Program-made: the position numbers and the translations under genes
Part shown: positions 50,925 to 59,139 of the stretch, piece by piece
Numbering within the stretch: position 1 is the first letter of the stretch
Layout of the letters: every line of letters begins with the position of its first letter
From: an uncultured Candidatus Rokubacteria bacterium
Lineage (GTDB): Bacteria; Methylomirabilota; Methylomirabilia; Rokubacteriales; DASRDR01
Length of the DNA stretch: 64,000 nt
Assembly (NCBI GenBank): GCA_963805625.1
Contig: CAWDVE010000010.1
Location: 1,024,001-1,088,000 of the forward strand
Direction: 5' to 3'
The notes under the pieces: model-generated
What the model was told of the DNA's origin: nothing
Databases searched by the model: none
The model's input: the letters and a program-made list of their open reading frames with translations, nothing else

Positions 50925-51433
50925 GACACGTCGGCTTGTGACACAACCTGGGAACGGAACTGTTCCTGAGAGCGGAACTGTTCCTGGGATCTCGACGCCG
51001 AGGAGAACGTCGCCTCGATCAGGATGTCGTTGAGTGTCCCGGAGCAGGGGTCCAGCCGCAGCAACACGTCATCCTTGTCGTAGTCCCAAAACATGACCCC
51101 CGTCTCCCAGAAGACGTTCCGTGCGACCAGGCCGGTTTCGTCCATCGTGGACGGGCCATGGGCCACGGTCCCGGCTATGGCGTTCGTGACAGGAGTCCCG
51201 TCACCGTGCACGAGGAAGATGGCCGGTCTCGGCAGGTTGTAGAAGCTGCCCTCGAAGGTGAAGGCGTAGATCCGAGCCAGCTTCGGCTTGTCAGAGCCGG
51301 CGAACTTGAGCTGTTTGAGGAGGAAGCCGCTATCGCCCTTACCCGTCCCATACGACGACGAGCTCAGCGTCACGTCGTCCAGCTTTCGACCATACAGCTT
51401 GACACTCGATTCGCTCAGTAGGGTCTCTGCCAT
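50903..51433 (-). CDS. Hypothetical protein with (RSQEQF)n C-terminal tail; candidate YcaO/TfuA substrate
   Basis: Strong SD GGGAGG; globular-looking first ~145 aa, then SRSQEQFRSQEQFRSQVVSQADVSMRNRLR; last gene of the operon. Confidence 0.85.
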   Translation of the reverse strand: MAETLLSESSVKLYGRKLDDVTLSSSSYGTGKGDSGFLLKQLKFAGSDKPKLARIYAFTFEGSFYNLPRPAIFLVHGDGTPVTNAIAGTVAHGPSTMDETGLVARNVFWETGVMFWDYDKDDVLLRLDPCSGTLNDILIEATFSSASRSQEQFRSQEQFRSQVVSQADVSMRNRLR

Positions 51434-51469
51434 GTCACACCTCCCTCAGCGTGTCCGCGATTGTGTCGG

Positions 51470-52744
51470 TCAGGGTGATCGCACAATTCCACCGCGGTCG
51501 CGGCGCGATGGGGCGAGCGACCTGGCGATGGGGCCGGGCCGAATCTCGCGCCAGGCGAAGCTCTCCCAGATGAGCCGCGCGAACCTGCCTCCCGTCAGGT
51601 AGCGGTCAACAGCTAACAATGCGTCGAGGACGTCAAAGTAATTGAGGTAGAGCGGCGACAGCCGTCGCCATACGTGCGCGAGCCCAGTTCCGAGATAGTC
51701 ACGCGTCTGCTGGAGCACCACCTTAAACGCTTCATGCCGGCCGTCGTAGGCAGCGGCGAACCGAGCCTCGATCTCTGGGTCGTCCACGGTGACTCCCGAG
51801 ACCCGGCCCGACGCGCGGTCCAGGTCGGCGCCGATGAGCCCAGCGTCGACGAGGAACTGCTGGTACACGTCAACGAAGATGTCGAAGATGGCACCCGTCA
51901 GCGGCTGAGACAGATCGTGGAGCGCGCACGAGATGTTCTCGACTCTGGAGACGTCTTCCACGTCAGACATGCACAGATCGTTGTCGGCGATCCGGATCTG
52001 GGCGGTCTCCGACAGTTCGCCGATACGGTTCAGCTCGCTCAGGTAATAGAGGTTGCCGGCGGAGCGTCGGAGAACGTGATCGAGCACCGCATGAAAGTGC
52101 AGGCATCCCACAAGGGCAACCAGGTCGGCGAAAGACTCGTGAAAACCGAAGAATTGATCGGTCCGAGCGTCCGGCGGGGGGGTTCCGACTTCCGAATAGA
52201 TCAGGAGGTGCCCCACCTCGTGGGCGAGCACGTCGAAGTTCTGCCAGTGGAGGCGCGGCACACCTCGCTCGTCCAGAGCATATCCAACCTCGATGAAGCC
52301 GAACCCGGACTGGGCATTCGCCCAGTCGATGTAGGGTATGAGCTCGAGGCGATTGTGGGTTCGTCGGAAATGCCACTCGATCCGGTGGCCAGCGTAGGCC
52401 TCCCAGATGTCCAGGACGCGCCGAACCGTCGCGTACATGTGTGCGGACCGGAATTCGGGACTGTCGACCTCCAGATGGTCGAAGTGCCCATCCGGGCCGG
52501 ACAAGGTGGGCGGAAAGGCGGGGCCGACGTATGGCGGCAAGTAGGGGAAATCGTAGGGACCGGGCTTTCCGATCGCGTCGACCACGTACATGCGCTCATC
52601 GGCGGGACCCGGCGCGATCGTCCCCGGTGCTCGAGCGATCCACACCCTCTCCGGCTCACGGAACGCCGCGAGCGCAGGGTCTTGCGCGAATAGCCAGAAT
52701 CGGGTGCCGCGTCCGAGGGTGATCGGGTCCCAGTGAGAGGTCAC
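51470..52744 (-). CDS. Cytoplasmic gluzincin metallopeptidase (M4/M36-like)
   Basis: AHEVGH...GFHESFAD zinc motif, WANA; no signal peptide; starts 3 nt after the TfuA stop. Confidence 0.8.
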   Translation of the reverse strand: MTSHWDPITLGRGTRFWLFAQDPALAAFREPERVWIARAPGTIAPGPADERMYVVDAIGKPGPYDFPYLPPYVGPAFPPTLSGPDGHFDHLEVDSPEFRSAHMYATVRRVLDIWEAYAGHRIEWHFRRTHNRLELIPYIDWANAQSGFGFIEVGYALDERGVPRLHWQNFDVLAHEVGHLLIYSEVGTPPPDARTDQFFGFHESFADLVALVGCLHFHAVLDHVLRRSAGNLYYLSELNRIGELSETAQIRIADNDLCMSDVEDVSRVENISCALHDLSQPLTGAIFDIFVDVYQQFLVDAGLIGADLDRASGRVSGVTVDDPEIEARFAAAYDGRHEAFKVVLQQTRDYLGTGLAHVWRRLSPLYLNYFDVLDALLAVDRYLTGGRFARLIWESFAWREIRPGPIARSLAPSRRDRGGIVRSP

Positions 52745-52747
52745 GCC

Positions 52748-54124
52748 TCACTCCTCGGGGTTGCGCGTGATACCGTCGGGCGTGTCGCCCCGCGTCACGT
52801 GGATCCATTCACGCCAGAGCGCCCGGTAGAACGACCCCGTGTCGGGGAAGCCGATGTCCACCGCGTGCTGCGCGATGTCATCGGGTACCGGGACGCCGAG
52901 GCGTTTCTCGAAGTACCAGAGCGTCAGCTCGAACTTCGTGCGCTCGTCGAGCTGATCCTCGACGGGGTCCGCTCCGGCCCGCGCGCGCCGCTTCATCCGA
53001 GCCCGCGCCGCGTAGCGCGTGTAGTCACCCCGGACGCGGAGATCATCCAGGAGATGGGCCTCGGCTCGTGGTCGGGCCAGCGCCTCCAGCTGCTCGATCC
53101 GCGCCTCCTCGTCGATCAGCCGGCCAAAGCTGGCGGGCGTGAGGTCGTTCTCTGCCAACCAGCGGTCGAGCGCTCCGCCGCCGAACAGGCCTAGGCGGCG
53201 CCGCAGTCTCGCAGCCGCCCGACGCCGAGCCTCATCGCTGGGCGCGAGCCCCTCCGACTCGCACTCTCGCAGCGTCGCCATCCGCATCAACCCCGCCCGT
53301 CTGGCCTCCACGTAGGCCCGGCCGTCCAGACGAAGCTCGTCGAGCAGCATTTCTGGCTCGAGCTCCAGTCGCTCGAAGTCCTGGGTGGCCCGGTTCCACA
53401 TCGCGCTCGCCTGGAACACGTATTCGACCCGAGCCGGCGGAGGATCGCCGACGAGAAAGTCCCTCATGGTCGTCAACATGGCAAGCGCGTCCAGCCGCTT
53501 CTGGTTGATAGACCCAGTCGGTAGCCAAGCGCGAAGCGCGTCGAGGTCCGTGACCGCGAGACCATGCTTGGCGCCGCAGGCCAGAAGCCGCTGGTACGAA
53601 CGATCGGGATAGAAGAGCTCCTTCGCGAGCCGGACGAGCATATCCCGGATGGTCGCCGAGACGACCCCCGCCTCCTGGGCTGATGCTAGCGTGCATCGGA
53701 TGTTGACCATGGCTTCGGAGAGGGGAACGAAGCCAACCTCGGCCGCACCGTGAACCACTGCGACCTCGTCGTCGTCTTCGAACGCCTCTGCCTGATAGGG
53801 CGCGAGGCTCCCGTCGCGATAGGCCTCGAAGATCCGGCCTATCCCCTTCATGCCGAATGCCGCGAGCTCGGCCGCTCGCAGAGCACCCATGCTTGCGCTC
53901 CCGAAGACATGGACACCCTGGGCCATCGCCCACAGAATTTCCTTGTGCCAGACGGATGGAACCTGCTGGAAATAGCCGTCGATGATGCCCAGGGCACGAG
54001 GTCGATGATGCGCGACCGCCCGATACACGTCTCCCTGCTGCGCCGGAGGCAGATAGACGGCATCCAGCACAGACCTCGCATCCGATACAGGGAGCGTGGG
54101 TCCGGTGAATACGCAGGTCGTCAT
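52748..54124 (-). CDS. tfuA: TfuA-like protein with about 200-aa C-terminal extension
   Basis: VFTGPTL, PPAQQGD, IIDGYF, VWHKEI, SMGALRAAEL, DDDEVAVVH, LSEAMVNIR motifs; ATGA overlap with ycaO. Confidence 0.95.
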   Translation of the reverse strand: MTTCVFTGPTLPVSDARSVLDAVYLPPAQQGDVYRAVAHHRPRALGIIDGYFQQVPSVWHKEILWAMAQGVHVFGSASMGALRAAELAAFGMKGIGRIFEAYRDGSLAPYQAEAFEDDDEVAVVHGAAEVGFVPLSEAMVNIRCTLASAQEAGVVSATIRDMLVRLAKELFYPDRSYQRLLACGAKHGLAVTDLDALRAWLPTGSINQKRLDALAMLTTMRDFLVGDPPPARVEYVFQASAMWNRATQDFERLELEPEMLLDELRLDGRAYVEARRAGLMRMATLRECESEGLAPSDEARRRAAARLRRRLGLFGGGALDRWLAENDLTPASFGRLIDEEARIEQLEALARPRAEAHLLDDLRVRGDYTRYAARARMKRRARAGADPVEDQLDERTKFELTLWYFEKRLGVPVPDDIAQHAVDIGFPDTGSFYRALWREWIHVTRGDTPDGITRNPEE

Positions 54125-55473
54125 GCCAGCCGACCACTCACGGCGCGGGCCCGCGGCCCTGGCACGTACTTGCCGCGCTCGCCGTCGTCGAGTCCCTCCA
54201 GGCCGGGGATTAGGACCCGAACGACCGGTATGCCCAGCTCCGGCTTGGTCAAGTTCACCGCGACGACTTGCCGAATCCCCACGGCGCGGAGATGTTCCAG
54301 AGCCCAGGTCACATCCTCGTCGAGACTATCCTGGTCGCGAGTGGGCACGTCGTGAAAGTCGCCGGTGGCCGTGTCGGCCGCCATCAGGCTGCGACATTCC
54401 TTCAGGCGTCGAGCGCGCTGCGCCGGCGTGTAGTCCTCTGCCCAGAAGTCGTCGCGGGAGCCAGCGATGTAGGTGGTGCGAGCCTGAGCGGCCTCGGTCA
54501 GCGCGCGGAGCAGAGCGATACCGCGCGCGGGATGGCAGCCGGCGGCGAACTCAGGGTCGGCGCCATCGTCGTCCCGCCCGAGCACCAGGCAGGTGAATGA
54601 CGCGATGCCGACATCGGAGGTGGTGTCCCACACCTTCACGGCAATGTCGGCGCGCGCGAACTGGTCGAGCACCCAGCGACATGCGTCGTCGTTGACAGTC
54701 TCGAGGTCCAGCGCGCGCCGTGACCTCCGGGGCGTGTGCTTCCACAACGCGCTCGCGTCGCGCTCGATCACCTCGTGTATCCCATGGCTGATGGCTTCGA
54801 GCATGTGGTTGCCTGATGCGAGCCCGTTCGTGTTAGCGAGAAAGCACCCGTGCGCGGGGCCACGAGGCATCGTGTAGTCCGTATGCACTAATTCGTATGG
54901 CACCCAGCACGGAGACTGGCTGATGAGATCTTCGCCCTCGATCCACAACAATGGCTCATCGTCGGTATAGGAGCTCGTCTTGGCGCGTGGGAGTGCGGCC
55001 ACGTCGATCAGGGGATGAGTGCGCCCGAGCTCGCGATACGTCCCTAGCTTGAGAGAGGAGGTGATGGTCTCGGCGTGAAAAGTCTCGACCGCTTCCATCA
55101 GCCCGGATGCCTTGGCCGCGGCCAGGTCCAGACCCTTGCCTTGGGACACGGCGATGGAACGAGAGTTCGGTCGGCAGACCATGACAACCGGGACACCGAT
55201 CCGATCGAGGCCGGTGATGTTGGCGACGCGGGTTATGCCCATCTGGGAGGCAAGCGGCCCGATTCGTTTCAGCGTATCCGCCGGGGCCACCGTTCGGTGG
55301 GTCCCGAGACGATGGGCCTTGACGGCTTCAGCGGTCGGTGTCGCGGCAGTTGAGCAGCCCCCTCCGAAGTGACCGGTCCCGTCCCCCTCCGCGCGCTGGG
55401 CACCACGAACGGCAGTCGTGGACGACCGGGGCAGGCCCGCTGCGGACTGGGGGCTCAAGTCAGGATCGTCCAT
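54121..55473 (-). CDS. ycaO: YcaO-family enzyme, TfuA-associated (thioamide-forming) type
   Basis: GITRVANITGLD, SQGKG, SGLMEAVE, NTNGLASGN, EVIERDA, RALTEAAQAR, VLIPGLE; lacks the terminal PxP motif of azoline-forming YcaOs. Confidence 0.95.
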   Translation of the reverse strand: MDDPDLSPQSAAGLPRSSTTAVRGAQRAEGDGTGHFGGGCSTAATPTAEAVKAHRLGTHRTVAPADTLKRIGPLASQMGITRVANITGLDRIGVPVVMVCRPNSRSIAVSQGKGLDLAAAKASGLMEAVETFHAETITSSLKLGTYRELGRTHPLIDVAALPRAKTSSYTDDEPLLWIEGEDLISQSPCWVPYELVHTDYTMPRGPAHGCFLANTNGLASGNHMLEAISHGIHEVIERDASALWKHTPRRSRRALDLETVNDDACRWVLDQFARADIAVKVWDTTSDVGIASFTCLVLGRDDDGADPEFAAGCHPARGIALLRALTEAAQARTTYIAGSRDDFWAEDYTPAQRARRLKECRSLMAADTATGDFHDVPTRDQDSLDEDVTWALEHLRAVGIRQVVAVNLTKPELGIPVVRVLIPGLEGLDDGERGKYVPGPRARAVSGRLA

Positions 55474-55486
55474 TGCGCCCCGCTCA

Positions 55487-58400
55487 CTAGGAGGTCGTCC
55501 CGGGTGCGGGAGTGGGAGCCAGCTCTTCAAGCAGCGCGCGTGCCTCGAGTAGGTCGACCGTGTCGAAACCCTCCCGGAACCACTCATAGACGGGGACCAG
55601 CAACCCACGTGCAGCAGCGTGTCGATCTCGTCGACGCTCGAGCATAGCCAGACTCATGGCCGCTCTCAGTTCGAGCGCTCGGGCCTTCTGCTGGCAGGCA
55701 ACTGACAGAGCCCTACGGAACTCGGCTTCCGCCTCGCTGACCCGCGGAGGCGACAACGCCAGGAGGGCCTCCCCTCGGCTCCGGTGGAGCTCCGCAGTCC
55801 AGTAGCACAGCCCCATCTGTTCCGTCTCGGCGAAAGCCTCGTCGAGCATGTCCAAGGCCAGCTCCGGCTGGCCTGCCTTGACGCACGCGGTGGCGAGCAT
55901 CTCCCTCAGGATCGGGAAGTCCTCGCCAGTGACCATGGCCTTCAGCTCGTCGAGTCCTTGACGCATATATTCGATGCCGCGCTCGGGCTCGCCCAGCTCG
56001 GCCAGCGCCCAGCCCTGGAACACCGTGCCCTTGACCCGATAGGCCGGGAATCCGTGGGCCTCCGAGTACTGGATGAGCTCATCGGCGCGGCCCTGGACGG
56101 TCCAGGCGTCGCGGCGATAGCGGTGCAGTAGCAGGCTCATGTCGAGCGCGTGTACGAGCGAGCCCGCATGCGCGAGACGGCGCGCCCACACCATCGCCTC
56201 CCCGCCCGCCGCGAGCGCCTGATCCGGGAACCCGAGCAGCCACAGCGAGAACGCGCGCTCCCCCGCCCCGCACACCTTCGGGTCGTGCCCGCCGTAGACC
56301 GCCACGTGGGCGCGGTAGTTTCCGGCGTCATACAGGCGCACGCCCTCGCGGACGTGCTCACAGCACTCTTCGTGCCGGCCCAGGTGGAACAGACTGGCCC
56401 AGAGACAGTGGTGGGCTTGAAGACTGAGGCCAGGGTCGCCCAGCCCGTCGGCCAGTGTCAGCAGTTTCTGCCCTATCTCGAGTCCCGTCTCGAAGCGTTC
56501 GGAGATACGCCATGCACCCCACATCGCGGTGAAGTGCTGGGGGGAGTCGGGGAGAGAAGAACAAAGCTCCAAGGCCCGGGCATAGGTCTGCGCCACCTCG
56601 ATCGTCCGCGGCCCTTTCGTGTTGATGAGCACGGGGCCCAGCGTGAGGAGCAGGTCGAGCTCCCCCCGTCGACGTTCGGTCGTTTCAGGAAGAGTGGCGA
56701 GGAGATCCAGCCCCTTCTTCAGGTGGGAGATCGCCTCCACGTTCGCTGACCGCTCACTCGCGCGTCGTCCGGCCAAGTGCCGATAGTGGAGTGCCTTCGG
56801 ACCGAGATGGGCCTCCGTGCAATGATGCGCGACCAGTTCAGGGCTCGCCTCCAGCGTCTCCGGAAACTGGGTCTCCAGCACCTCGGCGATCCGCGCATGG
56901 AGCGCCTGGCGCTGGGTGAGCAGGAGGCTTCCGTAGGCCGCGTCCTGGACGAGCGCGTGCTTGAACGAGTAGGTCGCACGGGGCGCTGTACCGTCGCACA
57001 GTATGAGCTGCGCGTCGACGAGCTCGTCGAGCGCCGCGTCCAGCTCGGTGTCTGGCATAGACGCTACCGCGGTTAGCAGCTCGTACGAGAATTGGCGTCC
57101 GATCGCGCTCCCGATCTGGGCAACCTTCGGGCCGGAAGCGAGCTGGTCAAGGCGCGCCATTAGTGAATCGTGGAGCGTCGCCGGGATCGCGAGAGGCGGA
57201 ATGGCGCCGGTGAGCTCGTACCGGTCTTCGTGTTCCTGGACCAGCCCGGATTCGAGCACCGTCTTCGTCAGCTCCTCGATGAATAGCGGCACGCCGTCCG
57301 TCTTGGTGACGATGTGCTGCAGGATCTGCTCGGGCAGGGACTTTCCGTTGGCCACCCGCCGCGCGATCTCGGCCGCTTCCGTCGGACTCAGCCGGTTCAA
57401 GGTGCAGCGCGTGACATGGGGCTGCCTGGGCCATTTTGGCGCGTAGCTCGGTCGGCAGGTGATGACCGCCAGCATCCGCTGGCTCCCGGCACGCTCCACG
57501 AGGACATCGAGCCACTCCTGCGAGGTGGGGTCGATCCAGTGCACGTCCTCGAACACCAGGAGCAAACCCGGCTCCTTGGCGAGACCCTCGACCAGGCTCT
57601 GAAGTGCGGCCAGTGTCTGTTCTCGTCGACGCTGCTGCGTCACGCCGACTGGCGCATAGCGATCTCCCGTCGAGACAGAGACGAGAGGGGCGAGCAACGG
57701 GACCATCGTCTCAACAGGGTGGCCGCACTGAGCAAGCAGCGCCTCGAGCCTCGCCAGCTTCCGCTCCATCGAGTCCTCACGCTCGAACTCGGCGAGGCGT
57801 TCCAATGCGGTACCGAGCGGGTAGAGTGCACTGTTTGCGTGATGTGGCGAACACTGGAGCAAGACGACTCGCTGCGGCTCTTGCGCGATCTGCTCTCCGA
57901 GATTCTGGATGATTCGAGACTTTCCGATCCCCGGCTCGCCGCTCAGCAGCACCACTTGCCCCTGACCGCTCATGGCATCGTTCCATCGCCGCATGAGAAG
58001 ACCGAATTCTTCCTTCCGGCCGACGAGCGGCGTGAGGCCGGCAGGGTGCGCGGCTTCGAATCGGCTCAGGGTCTCGTTCAGGTGCATGACCCGCCAAACC
58101 CGAATCGGGCGGGACATGCCCTTCAGGGTAGCGAAGCCAAGGTCCTCGCATACGAATCGGTCCCCGACCAGATGACGTGTTTCGTCGGTGATTACCACGG
58201 CGTTCGGGTCCGCCGCGGCCTGCAGGCGCGCCGCGAGATTCAGGGTCTCCCCGACCAGACCGGCCTCCTCCCCCGGGCGCCCGCCAGGAGAATCACCCGC
58301 GACCACCAAACCCGTCGCGATTCCCACGCGAACCGCCAGCTGGATGTTCGCAGCACCGATCGGCACCGGCCGAAGCTCCCTCACGGCTTCCACGATCCCA

Positions 58401-58876
58401 AGACCCGCCCGCACGGCACGCTCAGCATCATCTTCGTGCGCCATCGGATACCCGAAGTTCGCGAGAATGCCGTCACCGAGATACTGTGCGACGTGACCAC
58501 CAAACCGCCGGACTACGGAGGAGCAGGTGGTCAAATAGGTTCGGATGAGCCCCCGGAGGTCCTCTGGATCCAACTGGCCCGATATGGAAGTGGACCCGAC
58601 AAGGTCGGCAAACAGGACGGTCACACGTCTTCGCTCGGCCTGACGCGCCCCTGGGGAGACGCTGCGTGGATTCTGGGTAGCCGTGGACGGCGACCGATCC
58701 GGGGGCATGGGTGAGCCAAGGCCGTGAGCGAGCACGGCGCCACATTCCCCGCAGAACTCGAAGTGCGTTGGGTTCTTGAAGCCGCAGGCGGGACATGCGT
58801 TCCTCAGCAGCCGGCCACACCCGCCACAGAACCTCGACGAATCCGGATTGTCGAACGCACAGGCGGCGCACTTCAA
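55487..58876 (-). CDS. Double zinc ribbon / class III nucleotide cyclase / STAND-type AAA ATPase / TPR protein
   Basis: Four CxxC motifs, VLFADLVGS, YLGDG, NLAARLQ, Walker A GEPGIGKS, Walker B FEDVHW, FKHALVQD; TTG start with SD downstream of the promoter. Confidence 0.93.
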   Translation of the reverse strand: MKCAACAFDNPDSSRFCGGCGRLLRNACPACGFKNPTHFEFCGECGAVLAHGLGSPMPPDRSPSTATQNPRSVSPGARQAERRRVTVLFADLVGSTSISGQLDPEDLRGLIRTYLTTCSSVVRRFGGHVAQYLGDGILANFGYPMAHEDDAERAVRAGLGIVEAVRELRPVPIGAANIQLAVRVGIATGLVVAGDSPGGRPGEEAGLVGETLNLAARLQAAADPNAVVITDETRHLVGDRFVCEDLGFATLKGMSRPIRVWRVMHLNETLSRFEAAHPAGLTPLVGRKEEFGLLMRRWNDAMSGQGQVVLLSGEPGIGKSRIIQNLGEQIAQEPQRVVLLQCSPHHANSALYPLGTALERLAEFEREDSMERKLARLEALLAQCGHPVETMVPLLAPLVSVSTGDRYAPVGVTQQRRREQTLAALQSLVEGLAKEPGLLLVFEDVHWIDPTSQEWLDVLVERAGSQRMLAVITCRPSYAPKWPRQPHVTRCTLNRLSPTEAAEIARRVANGKSLPEQILQHIVTKTDGVPLFIEELTKTVLESGLVQEHEDRYELTGAIPPLAIPATLHDSLMARLDQLASGPKVAQIGSAIGRQFSYELLTAVASMPDTELDAALDELVDAQLILCDGTAPRATYSFKHALVQDAAYGSLLLTQRQALHARIAEVLETQFPETLEASPELVAHHCTEAHLGPKALHYRHLAGRRASERSANVEAISHLKKGLDLLATLPETTERRRGELDLLLTLGPVLINTKGPRTIEVAQTYARALELCSSLPDSPQHFTAMWGAWRISERFETGLEIGQKLLTLADGLGDPGLSLQAHHCLWASLFHLGRHEECCEHVREGVRLYDAGNYRAHVAVYGGHDPKVCGAGERAFSLWLLGFPDQALAAGGEAMVWARRLAHAGSLVHALDMSLLLHRYRRDAWTVQGRADELIQYSEAHGFPAYRVKGTVFQGWALAELGEPERGIEYMRQGLDELKAMVTGEDFPILREMLATACVKAGQPELALDMLDEAFAETEQMGLCYWTAELHRSRGEALLALSPPRVSEAEAEFRRALSVACQQKARALELRAAMSLAMLERRRDRHAAARGLLVPVYEWFREGFDTVDLLEARALLEELAPTPAPGTTS

Positions 58877-58924
58877 GCCGAACCCCCTTCTTCGGGCAGC
58901 CGGCCTACTGAGGAGGTGGCGGTG

Positions 58925-58953
58925 ACAGTAAGGCAGCCACGGCAGCTTGTCAA
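58925..58953 (-). promoter_or_regulatory. Sigma70 promoter of the cyclase-ycaO-tfuA operon
   Basis: TTGACA-N17-TACTGT on the minus strand. Confidence 0.75.
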
Positions 58954-59123
58954 GTCGACGTCTCACTATCGTCGCACGTTCCCATCGCCGTTTGGGATCA
59001 ATGGTGTCACGTCGACCCCGAAGACTGATGCGACTGCGACCGATGATTCATGAATCAAAAAGGCCTCCAATGCGATCCCTGCTCATCCCAGCAATCCGCC
59101 GCGCCAAGCCCCAGCGTATGAAA

Positions 59124-59139
59124 GTCAAAGTCTGACCCC
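59124..59139. repeat. Orphan REP arm at the island boundary
   Basis: GTCAAAGTCTGACCCC, identical to the core of the REPIN arm in 60555-60582; contains the stop codon of the HtpX-like gene. Confidence 0.8.

Noticed and set aside
50903-50992. NLR-type amyloid signalling motif pairing with the STAND protein
   Set aside because: Such pairs need a matching motif at the NLR N-terminus, but here that end is a zinc ribbon with no RSQEQF-like sequence; not excluded for the tail alone
54121-55473. Azoline-forming (LAP/thiopeptide) YcaO
   Set aside because: No terminal PxP motif, no E1-like partner or SagB dehydrogenase; directly coupled to TfuA
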